Shown piece after piece: positions 13,323 through 24,617 of a stretch of 51,447 nucleotides of DNA (positions are counted from its first letter, which is position 1; each line of letters opens with the position of its first letter). Both the position numbers and the translations under genes were made by a program. The DNA lies in assembly GCA_038087875.1 (NCBI GenBank), contig JAXLNO010000269.1, positions 124,001-175,447 of the forward strand. The letters run 5' to 3'. A model generated the notes under the pieces. That model had not been told where the DNA came from. It saw only the letters and a program-made list of their open reading frames with translations, and did not search any database. Source of the DNA: Malacoraja senta. Lineage: Eukaryota.

Positions 13323-15752
13323 TTTCAGATGGAAGACAGAAAGAATGGCGATACACACTAATCTCCAATAAATTCTGCACTCAGATATTTTTCTCTTTAC
13401 ACTACCTGTTTGTTGTACTTTTGTGGCTTGATTGTACTCATTGATAGTATGCTTTGACTGGATAGCATGCAAACACCATCCAAGACAGAATGGGGCACAG
13501 CTTAAGAAATGAAAAAATCGATGTTCTCATGACGTTCTTACTCGTCTTTCTTGGTGGTAGATATTGCAAGGGTGAGCTGTTTCCCAGCATGGAACAAGTG
13601 ATCCAGAGTCATGTACTCAAACCATTTCTAATTGCATTCTCCCCTCAACTGCATCTCGAGTCTTGAAAGTAATTTAACTAATGGGTATTTGGCACAAACC
13701 ATCTTGCCTTTGTATTGTCAGTAAACGCAGCATGATGAATTTCAATTTTTCTAGTTGGCTCGAAACCCCTTACAAAGTCATATAAAATGAGATAATAAAA
13801 ACTTAATACATCCTCAACTGTAGGATAAATGACACCCAAGATGCTGTAAGGAACACAGATGTTCTACAACTGGTGTAATGATATCTGCAGCTTCAAACGA
13901 AGCAATGAGAGTTTGGAGCCTCATTTATTAGTCACAACCTAGTTGCACTTCACAAAGCTTTAAGATATTGAATTAAGATTTGAATCATTTTGGGGCATAT
14001 GTTTACCATTTTCACACTCTTTGCCATTTAATCCTCCCTTGGACCAAGTCAATTACAGACCAAGGTCTTAAATGCCATCTTTTTCCCTACATCACAGTTG
14101 GTGTCACACCTGTTAACCCTGCTCTATCCTCAGGAAGCAGCACAATTGCACAACAAAAGGCAGCTGGAAATACTGAAGTGCTCCACATGTCAAACCTCAA
14201 AACACAGTATAAATTCGAAACAGATGACAAAACCAACCCAACACTAGAAATATTTTGCAATAATATTGATTAGAATATTCTCCCTGATGACTGTTAGCAA
14301 TTTCAAAGCCTTTCATCATTTAAGCATGTTTACACACTTAAATGATGAAAGGATATTCATTCAAATCTCAATGGCAAGCCTCTTCTCCAGTCTGTATTGG
14401 ATGCAGCTTCTAATCAATACAGCCCAAACTGCATAAAACCATCAAAAGATAAACAAGGTTTAATTTTGTAGCTTTCATTTTAGAGTCAAGACCAATTGTC
14501 AGTGTTGTGTTTAGCTTAAAATCAGTGCCAGATGCAGAGGACATACCACTCAAAAGCTTCTCGAAGTTGCTTAACCTAAGTATGGTTTACTTCTGAAGCA
14601 TATACATGGCATTTTTAACCCTCTCATGAATATCGGAGAACATGATTTTATTTGTATAAATCAACATAAATTGCAAGGTTTTACCAATCCTGAATGGAAC
14701 TGCAGATGCTAGTTTAATCCGAAGATAGACACAAATAGCTGGAGTAACTCAGCGGGACAGGCAGCATCTCTGGAGAGGAGGAATTGGTGACTTTTCGACC
14801 CGAAACATCACCCATTCCTTCTCTCCAGAGATGCTACCTGTCCTGCTGAGTTACTCCAGGTTTTTGTGTCCATTGAACTTTTATCTTTGTCGCCCCCTTT
14901 AATCTCACTGGGTTCAAAGTAAAGATTACTATGGAGTAATCTGTATAAAATTAAATTAAAAGCATGTTTTGGTATTAAAAGGGGTAACATTGAATTACCA
15001 GGAAAATCTGTTGGTGTTAGTACTGCCAGAGCCCAAAGATACTGGATTATCAGCGTTTTACAGTATTTTGTTACAAGAGCCCTGCACCATTTGATGAGGT
15101 ACACTTCCAGCTACTGTGTAAAAGGGAAGCTTTTGAAATGCTGAATTAAATTCTGGAACCACTCACACTTCCTTAGTATTTCTAAATAATTTAAAACAGC
15201 GAGGTGGTTGAGGCAGGATAGATGTATGAAACAAAACTGGATGTATTTTATTTTAACTGGTTTTTCCTTTTGCCCCAAACTCTAAATGGGTTAGAGCAAA
15301 ATGTAGAAACACTGAACGGCAGATGCTGGTTGAGACCAAAGATGGACACAAAGTGCTGGAGTAATTCAGTGGGTCAGGCAGCATAAATGGGTTAATCACT
15401 CTACAATCAGCCTCAGGTTAGTTGGGTAAAAGTTACAACAACCTCAGCCACTCTGGGTGGGCCTGTTTCCTGCCTTATAGCTCTATGACTATGGCACTCC
15501 ATTAAGTTCCTGATTCTCGAAATCATTTTGCAGAACAATTAACAGAAAGCGGACTGGAAATAATTTAGAAAGGAAAATAATTAGAAATGCAAGTCTTTAC
15601 AAAATTAGTAAATAATATAAAACGCTTAAGATCTGAAATAGTAATTTAAATTGCAAGAAATTACTTCCGATATTCTACATTCATATTTAAAACTGAACAA
15701 ATAACAGCTCAAAATGCCTGAAAATGTCATAATCACATTTTAAGCAGTTTAA

Positions 15753-15758
15753 TTTATT
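15753..15758 (-). terminator. Candidate NUFIP1 polyadenylation signal AATAAA
   Basis: AATAAA about 105 nt downstream of the stop; another AATAAA overlaps the stop codon at 15858-15863. Confidence 0.4.
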
Positions 15759-15861
15759 ATGAGCAAATTCTAATCTCCATTTAAAACAAAGAAACTGCTG
15801 CGGAAGTCCTCAGATTTTCACCAATAGTTTTTGCCCTTTTCCCACGTTTAGGATTTCTTTA

Positions 15862-16239
15862 TTATCTTTCTTCACAGATGGCTTCCGGGGTCTCCCAAAT
15901 GTCATCATCTACTGTAGGCAATGTAACCAGGGGTGCTTCTGGCAGCTCAGCTGTGGACAACAATTGTGGGCTTCTTGGTGACAGCAAAGGGCCCGGGCCC
16001 ATCCTTTCAGCTTTCAGGCTCGTAGTATTTCCAGGTGCGTAGGCCTCAGGTCCGGACGTCTTATTACATTCTACAGTTCCGTTTATATGTGGTTCCCCAT
16101 CACTTGATGTTATTGACAACTGTGGCCTGACACTCGCCCCATTTACTTTTGGTTCAAGGACCCAGAACTTGTTCTGTGTAATGTACCGAATACACTGCAG
16201 GATTACATTTCTTTCATGGCGAATGTCTCTGGCCAACAA
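15862..16239 (-). CDS. NUFIP1: NUFIP1 terminal coding exon 10 (LLARDIRHERNVILQCIRYI...; ZNHIT3-binding region plus long tail)
   Basis: Matches human LLAPDIRHERNVILQCVRYI; ttgcag| acceptor; TAA at 15864-15862; summed CDS 1659 nt = 552 aa + stop. Confidence 0.96.
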   Translation of the reverse strand: MLARDIRHERNVILQCIRYITQNKFWVLEPKVNGASVRPQLSITSSDGEPHINGTVECNKTSGPEAYAPGNTTSLKAERMGPGPLLSPRSPQLLSTAELPEAPLVTLPTVDDDIWETPEAICEER

Positions 16240-17098
16240 CTGCAACACAAAAAATAGAGGATAATTTTTTTTTAAAAAGCTAGCACTTCACCTTGAGTTT
16301 TTTTTTAAATGAGATGCCTTGCCAGAAATAAAATCTGATGAAGATTGGATTCAGGAATTTTAAGGCTTTCTAAAGTCTATTATCCACATACCCTTTGGAT
16401 CCAGTCCATATTAAATCATGAGCTTTTGAATTCCCTCTTTGAAATACTAATGGATTATAATAAATAGTGAATTGGTGTCAAGAATTGGAGGAAAAAGAAA
16501 AACACCACACTTTTTGCTACCAATGTATCATGATGAAATACACAATGCAGAATAAAGCTTACTCATTCCTCATCCAATGACCAAGAGATAGCACAGAGGA
16601 CCAATCTGGATTTTAACACCCATACCTGAACCACAAACAGCAACTGAACCAATATTTTGTTGCAAATGTCTTGGCCACACTTTAATTCACAGGTTCATTT
16701 GCCACCTGCAGCCAACATTCTTCCACTTTATTGGCCTACCCTAAACAGCAAATAAAGAGGATATCAAGGATGTAATTAGCCAACAGATCGATGAATAGCA
16801 AGACATAGGTATTAAAATCCAGTTCCTGGCCTGTTCCACGAGGGCTGACCAGTGCAGCCAGCAGTCGTGAGATTGCAACTTGCTAATAAGCATGAGGTGG
16901 GAAGAACTGTTAAGCACACAAGAGGGAGAGAAAGTGGAAAAGGAGTATTAGCCATTAGACCAAGTATATTTGATCTTTTACAGTATTCATACGTAGCCTC
17001 CACACATCATATTTAATCTTTTGCTCTAGCAAGTACGTGCAACACATACGAACAGAGCATATAGGTGTGTGGTAGTGTATAAACAGAGAATGACTCAC

Positions 17099-17328
17099 CA
17101 TTTCAAGCAGGGTTGGCCAAGGTGATAATTTCTGCTGGCAAGGCTGTCTTTCTCGTGCGTTACGAACTCTTCCTCTACCATTACCGTTGCATTTGAAATG
17201 ACCGCCCAATTCCAAATCTGCAACGCTGCTTTTGCACATTTTCGTTTCCTGCTCATTTGTATTTTGTGGTGCAGATTCCAGTACAACGTTTTCTTCAACA
17301 GCTTTGACAGGAATACGGACAGGGATTT
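17099..17328 (-). CDS. NUFIP1: NUFIP1 coding exon 9 (EIPVRIPVKAVEEN...PWPTLLEM)
   Basis: Ends P.LLEM as in human; tatcag| acceptor, ATG|gtgagt donor; 230 nt, phase 1 to 0. Confidence 0.93.
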
Positions 17329-17835
17329 CTGATAGAAATATTAGGAAGGTTGGCATTGTTCTGTTTTAATCAAATGATTAATGTAACACATTAGAAGAAT
17401 CTACAAAGTTAGATTTAGTGACAGAGTCAGATCTACCTCATCTGAACAGGCCTTTCAGGCCACCGAATCCACATGCTATTCTCATTTTATTCTCTCCACA
17501 TTGCCATTAACTCCCAGCAGATTCCACCAACTGCATACTAGGGCGATTGACAAAAGCTACTTAGCCCACTGACACACACATCTTTGGGCTGTGGGATGGC
17601 ACAAGAGCACTGATGCATCAGATATCTCTATTCATGTTTTTCCAGTCAGACTTTAGTGGAGGTACTTGCGATTCTTATGCAGATCATAATGATGCACAGG
17701 TTATGAACCTAAATGATCATCAGGCACAGAGCTTCAATTAACACTTTGGAAGGGGATCGATTACAGAGAAGCAATGCCAAACAATGCTGGGTAGGCAGAT
17801 CCAGCTTCATCACAATAACTTGGCCATGTATAGCT

Positions 17836-18044
17836 TCTTCTTCTTCTTCTTCTTAAGCTCTTTGCTCCTCTAGGGAGCATAGGCCATTGACAAATGTCCT
17901 CCACCACACTTGGTTGTTGGAAGTTCTTTCGAGATCTCCCCAGTTGAGCCCACTCTCAGACATTTCTGCCTGGACACCTCTTCTCCAGCTGTTCCTGGGG
18001 CAACCTCTTTTCCTTTTTCCTTGGGGGTTCCAAGGAAACCCCCT
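17836..18044 (-). mobile_element. RTE-type LINE 3' end
   Basis: WNPQGKRKRGCPRNSWRR...WRTFVNGLC; (GAA)n tail; TSD TGTATAGCT at 17827-17835 and 18045-18053. Confidence 0.88.
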
Positions 18045-18421
18045 TGTATAGCTCACAAGGACAAAATGTGAATCTCAGAGAAAAATGTACGAGGTCAAGA
18101 GATGGCCACCTAAAATGAGATTTGTCTCAAGCAAAGAACTATGAAAACAATTGTATTAGGACAAGGCTTGATTAATAACACCAAGATTATAATCAGATAG
18201 TCATCAGCCTAGATTGAAACCAAACCTCGGTCACAGAGGCCAAAGAATGCTATTAATCTACTTTAACTGATTATGGTGCTGGGATTCGGAAGGAAATTTG
18301 TAAAACCTAGACAGTTCCATCTATTCCCCAATCAACTTAATGTAATGATAGATCTAAAATAATCTATTAAGAATGGCATTTTCCTCAACAGAAATAAAAA
18401 AAGCTAATCGTTCAGATTTAC

Positions 18422-18559
18422 CCTCTGGCTCCTGGTCACTTCCACTGTCTGATGAGCTGTAATTACCCATCAGTGCGCTCAGGGCTGACGTTATCTGGCT
18501 TGGCACAACGACGATTGCTGCTTGTTCATCGCCAGCTCGGCTCTCGTCCTTGTCAGACT
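18422..18559 (-). CDS. NUFIP1: NUFIP1 coding exon 8 (ESDKDE...VPSQITSALSALMGNYSSSDSGSDQEPE)
   Basis: Matches human ESDKEE...IPKEVTPALCSLMSSYGS...ESEPE; ttgcag| acceptor, GAGG|gtaaat donor; 138 nt, phase 1-1. Confidence 0.94.
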
Positions 18560-20836
18560 CTGCAAGGCCAAACACAACTTTTCAGCTCTTTCAAGTTCCA
18601 GTCAAAACCCATCAACAGACAGACAGATTCCCCAGCAGGGGGCTGCACATATTGGCAGCCAGAATATTGCATAATTAATCCAGTCAGTCAGCCTGGCCAT
18701 GAGCTCCTCCGGTGACTCTTCACTACACCAGCCAGCTTCAAGGCCAGCCCTCAATGGAATGGATACTTTTCTTTCTCACACGCATCATTTCAATCAAAGC
18801 ACAAAAGTGATTTGAAAACATTACTGGTCTCCGGTCAATGGGAAATTGCGGGTTTGCCTGGAATGCTTTGCTCCTCCATCAGCAGGCTTCAAGCATCAAC
18901 AGGTCAGCTGCCATGGAGAAGATGAAACAACTGGGAATTCCAGATTTGATTGGTAATCTATTGGGAGTTTAAATCATCCTGGGCAATTTCACGGTGGAGG
19001 TTCCCACAAATACACTATGTATCCAGAGATCCTTGGGAAGATCTCTCGATTGATGTGTTTAGCTTAAAGGGTCCACTCATCTACAGCCCTTATACTGCCA
19101 CCAGGTGTTATTATTGGTTAACAGGACAGGGGCACACATTTGGAATGGCACTCGAATAAGATGAAGGAAGGCAACAGTGAAATCAGTGCACCAATGACGT
19201 GAAAAAAAACTACAGGAAGCAATACTGCAATTCTGCACAATCAGATACAGCTGCTTCACCACCAAAGTGGCAGTAAATCCAATCTTAATCAATCAGAACA
19301 GAAGCAATTTGGTAAATAATGATTGGAAACAACTCTCTCCAACCTGTAATCTTAGGTAGCAGCCACAAAATCACAATACTGACCTAACCTGACAAAAACA
19401 TAAACTTCCTAGAAATCATTGCATGGACAAACTGGTTCATGCCCAAATTAATGCACCACACAGACCTCCCCTAACCGCCTTTATTGCTCCATCAGCTGGA
19501 GCACAAATAAAAGTACTATAAATGACAAGATAAACAGTTGGAATGATGCAAAATATCAATCAACAGCCATAGAGAAAAAAGGAGACACTACACTCGTCAC
19601 CTGAAGTTATGTTAAAACACACAGCACCCAGAATATTAATTTGTCCATTTCTTTGGAGAGCCATTTTAAATAGTGTATTTTATAGATGCATGAAAGGCTG
19701 CTTTCTATATTATTGGTGCAATAATAACAATTTAATAAATGTTTAAAACATTTTATAGGCCCACCCTGCATAAGAGTTTTTAAAAATAAACAATCGCAGA
19801 TACATCAAATTTAACTAAAAAGGTCTATTCTGATCATGGGAAATAGTTGATTTAATCTTCCACTATGTGTTTTTAGACTGAGATAATGCTTCATTTCACT
19901 TGTTCCAAAAGTAATTTGATGAGGAGTTGCAAGCACATCAGCCAAATAGAAACCAGCAATTTTGGCAAGTAGTGAACAAAATTAACAAAGTGTGAATCTG
20001 GTGGTCGGCAAAGAACAGATCTTTCACCTCAGACTCATTTACTTCAATGCTCTGTGACCTGCCTCCCTTCCTTCATGGTTAGTAACCTTCATCTTGGCTA
20101 ATGAATGCTGCCTATTCATATCCTATTTAATGTCGTCCTATTTATTAAACAACTCTTTACTCATTCATTTACATTGGGATGTGCATTTTTTTTTCCGTAA
20201 GAGACCTTTCCCCTGCTGGCAACATTATATATGCTCATTCTTTATGGAGTTTATATTCTGTTGCAAATGTGGTTCCTGTGCTTCACCAGAATTGCCATTA
20301 TGATGTACACACACAAGTGCCATGTTGGTTTTTATTCTTCTTCCTAGAATGGAAACCTACTTTAGCATTATTGCAAAGTACTGGTGGAACTTGTAATATC
20401 TGAATTGCAGTTAAAGATGGGATTTGAAATCAAGCCCCTAGAGCAAGAATCAGTGTTCCATGTGGCCATGATTTTACCATGGAACCTTTGTAAATACAGT
20501 CAGTCAAAAGCTAAAAATTAGGCAGGACAAATTAGTAGGGTTGGAGAGAGAAATACAAAGACCGAATGGTTTCAGATGAGGTAGTGAGAAGCTCTGGTGC
20601 TGGGCAATATTTATCCTTCAAAAACAGCCAAAAATGTAAATTCTCGGTGGTAGTTTTGGAGGATTTGCTGTGCTTAAACTGGCCGACTTGTTTCTGAACA
20701 TGACCAATATAATTTGATGACCATAATGCACTTTGGGTCTTCCCAAGGTGGCCGAAGGTGCTACATAATGCTTTCCCTGTCCCCCTCCTCCATACGATCT
20801 ATGCAGAACATTTCCACAATCGTGGTCAATACACAC

Positions 20837-21087
20837 CTGCGTCATGTTGTGCCAACATGCCTAGAGGGTCCACATCTCTTTTACCACCTTTCTTTGGCTC
20901 CTTGCTTTCTGGTTGCTTACTGCAGGTCTCATTAGACTGCATGCAGCCAGTGTCCACCTTTGCACTCGCGCCTTCCTGCTCACCAAAGTGTGTTTCACCA
21001 AAATGGCCCCCATTCCTGTCATTAAACCTTCCACAGAAATTTATTTTGTTCCCATTACGAGTCCTTTTCCAACGTCCCTTCATTTTG
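20837..21087 (-). CDS. NUFIP1: NUFIP1 coding exon 7 (KMKGRW...DVDPLGMLAQHDA)
   Basis: KMKG and DPLG.L match human; ttgcag| acceptor, CAG|gtgtgt donor; 251 nt, phase 2 to 1. Confidence 0.93.
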
Positions 21088-22775
21088 CTGCAAAACAAGA
21101 GTTACAGAGTTATAACTGTATTATAACCAGAGCGCCAAAATAAAAAGCATAAATCAAGCACTTACTATAGTATTATATGTGGTATTGGGTGAGGAACAGA
21201 CAAATTAAAAAGGTTCACTCAAGTAAAGGTAAACAAGTGAAACAGCTCCACTACTTATATACCAAGAAATGCTTGCAGGAAAATCCAGTGGAACACGCAA
21301 TGTATAGAGTAAAATGCTGATAATCCATTCTCTTATTGCACAGATCCCCATGGATAAGCGACCAACATGCCAAGTGATATTTCCAACACTCGCTTTTCAA
21401 TTAAAAATATACTGCCGGATTCCATTCACAAATGTGAATTAAAAATCTGCTGGGGTTCTAATAACAAGAAATAACATTCAATAGTCCATAAAATCTGCTA
21501 GTCAGAAACCAAACCCCGGAGGGTGCTGGGTTATCAGAGTTTCACTGTACATTAAACAATGACTTCCCACAGTTGCCAAGAATGTCTTTTTTAAATCCAT
21601 CTCCTGTATCGTTTTGGACCATCTTTTATCCGTGAAATATAACATTAATACAACCAGCATTTTCAAGTCCCGCACTACGAATAAACATTAATGTACCTTC
21701 AAAGCCATTGGGAACCTAGAAATTTGTACCCAACGCCTCTGTGAACATAGTTTGTCCACATGAACTGCAGTGATGCCTGCTCACCTCTAGTAGCTTGCGA
21801 GTAATTAGGGAATAAATGTTTGTAAACGGGTATGAAGAAAGATTGTTTTTTAATTGCAATGTATAAATGTTTAATTAAAGATGTATTGGTATTCATTTAT
21901 TATTGTCATTTCTACTAAGAGTGAAAAACGTTGTTTTCCATGTTACCCAGGCAAAACATGCCATGAGTACAATCAAGCCGTACACAAGTACAACATAGGG
22001 CAAAAGAGAAAATAAACAGAGTTAACAATATAGTAATACAGCCACAGAGGCAATGCAGATTTAAAAAAGAGAGCTCTCGTTTTCCTTCCTGTACTTAATC
22101 TTGTCATTGTTGAAGATCCAGCCCACCACAGTGGCGTCACCTGTGAACTTAGTTAGAGCAGAATTTCGCCTCTTAGTGTGTTTAGGAACTATAGTAAAGG
22201 AGCTGAAATGCATTCCTGCAGAACACGGCTGATGAGAATTATTGTGGAAGATGTTTTGTCATTTGACTTTACTGATTGCGGTCTATGGGATATTAAGTCA
22301 AAGATCCATTTGCAGGGGGGGAGCAAGTCTTAGTTACACAGATTTATCACAACCTAGCTGCAAATATGATTACATTTAAGGGTCAAAACCCTTGGACATC
22401 TGCTGTTATACAACATGACGTATTGCATTAACTAATAACATCCCTAAACTCAAAGACAAGCAAGAAAACCCTTAAAAAGCTTCATAATTAAGAGCATCAA
22501 GAAAACAACAAAATGTCAGTTTAATTATACTTTAACCGCAAGGAAAGTGTTGTGGAAGACAACAGCTGGAATAGAGCAGAAGGCACTGAGAGAAAGTTTA
22601 GGCCCAATGTGATGGCTTTCCTGGTCTAAAAACATAGCTGCATTCACGACTAAGGCTCATATTAACAGCCATTTATGCAACTGCCCACCCCTCCCCTCCC
22701 AATACCCAGGAGGAGATTGTTTGTCCCTTATACCCACAAGTCCCAAGGAGGGGAGGGAAAACCAGAGACACTTAC

Positions 22776-22868
22776 CCAAACTGCTGAGTTTGCAACATCT
22801 CTCCTCGTTGTTCCTTTTCTTGACTTGCCTTCCTCTTCCTTGTCATATTTGCCAAAGTTGGAAAATTC
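22776..22868 (-). CDS. NUFIP1: NUFIP1 coding exon 6 (NFPTLANMTRKRKASQEKEQRGEMLQTQQFG)
   Basis: Matches human NYPTLANIERKKK...RGAVLTTTQYG; ggtcag| acceptor, GG|gtaagt donor; 93 nt, phase 2-2. Confidence 0.95.
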
Positions 22869-23239
22869 CTGACCAATGAACAGAAAATGCTATTCAACAA
22901 CAATTCAGTCTTTTAACCCATTTCGCTATGATGGCTTTGAGATGGACGAAATGTTCAAAAAGCAATTTATGCCAGAAAACTTATTTAAATATACACCTGA
23001 GAAGACCCGAACAAGAAACAGAAGCTGCACCAGACCAGTGTAAAATATCACTTCCGCCTTCCATTGCCAAAATACCCATGTCTTACATCAGCTGATAATC
23101 AGGCAGAAGTTTATCAGTTGGTCACATTGATCCAAAATGAGTACAATCCACTTCCACTATATTGCATCAATGGTTCAGATGACAAGAACCCTTGTTTTAA
23201 TGGAAAGAGATATTTGATAGCTTCTCCAGGCTGATCCTG

Positions 23240-24617
23240 AAGATAAGATGCACAGGATTAATAGTGACTTGGTTGTATGGATTCGGAACTGGGTTAGAGG
23301 ATTCAGAACTGACTTACGGATAGAAGTGAGAAGGTTGTGGTGAAAAGACAATCTTCAGGCTGAAGATTTGTGACCAGTGGAGTTCCCCAGAGATCTGTGC
23401 TGGGACTGCTGGTGTAAACATATACGGGGTTGTTTGGCAAGTTTGCAGATGACACCCAGATTGCTGGGGTTGTGGACTGTGAGGAAGGCTGGCAAAGTAT
23501 ACACGGAATATAGATCAGCTACAGAAGTGGGCAGCAAAATGGCAGATGGAGTTTAATCCGAGCAAGTGTGAGGTGTTGGACTTTGGGACGTCATATACAA
23601 GGGAGAAATCTGCAATTAATGGCATGACCCGTAACAACATTGATGTCCAGAGGGACTTTGGGGTCCAAGTACATAACTCCGTGAAAGTGACAACACAAGT
23701 AGATAGGAAGATAAAGAAAGCATATGGTAGGCTTGGTTTCATAGGTTGGGACATGGAGTACAAGGTTCAGGTAGTCATGATACAGCTTTATAGGACTATG
23801 GTTAGGCTGCATTTTGAGTATCGTATACAGTTCTGGTGCCCCGTTACAGGAAGCATCTGTGGAGCCTTTGGAAAAGGTTCAGAGAAGGTTTCCCAGAATG
23901 ATGTTCAAGAAGGAACTGCAGATGCTGGAAAATCGAAGGTAGACAAAATTGCTGGAGAAACTCAGCGTCTAATGGAGCGAAGGAAATAGGCAACGTTTCG
24001 AGCCGAAACCCTTCTTCAGACTGATGCAGGGGGGGGGGGGGGGGGGCAGGAAGAAGAAAGGAAGAGGAGGAGCCAGAGGGCTGAGGGAGAGCTGAGAAGG
24101 GGAGGAGACAGCAAGGGCTACCGGAAATTGGAGAAGTCAATGTTCCCAGAATGATGCCTGGAGTGGTTATTAGCTACAGGGAGAGTTTAAAAGACTTGGA
24201 CTGTTTTTTCTGGATCCCAGAGGTTCTGGGGAGACCCGAGAATATAAAATTGTGAAAGGCATAGAATCTTTCCAGATTCTTTTAGAAAAGGAATCTTTTC
24301 ACCAGGATGTAAAAATCAAAAACATCGGTTTAAGGCGAGAGGGGAAAGTTAAAAAATGTGAGGGCAATTTTCCCCCTACTTTATTTATTTATTTTTACAC
24401 GCAGCGGTTAACAAGTGCCTGGATGGTTGGTGCGGTGATGGTTAAAGCAAATAGGTTAATGGCTTTTAAAAGACTTTTGGATACGCATATGGATATGCAG
24501 GGAATGAGGGTTATGGATCCTGTGCAGGTAGATAATGATGGTCTCGGATTCATGTTTGGCACAGACATTATGGGCCGAAGGGCATGTTCTTGTGTTGTAC
24601 TGTTCTACATTCTATGA
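23240..24617 (+). mobile_element. Decayed CR1 fragment hosting the Penelope insertion
   Basis: KFADDT, WQMEFNPSKCEV, MVRLHFEY.IQFW, CR1 3' tail. Confidence 0.85.
23904..24142 (-). mobile_element. Penelope-like 3' end / terminal repeat inserted in CR1
   Basis: Begins with ORF end ...IDFSNFR*, pyrimidine tract, CTGAAGA-A-hairpin-GAAAC motif; TSD TTCCCAGAATGATG at 23890-23903 and 24143-24156. Confidence 0.8.
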
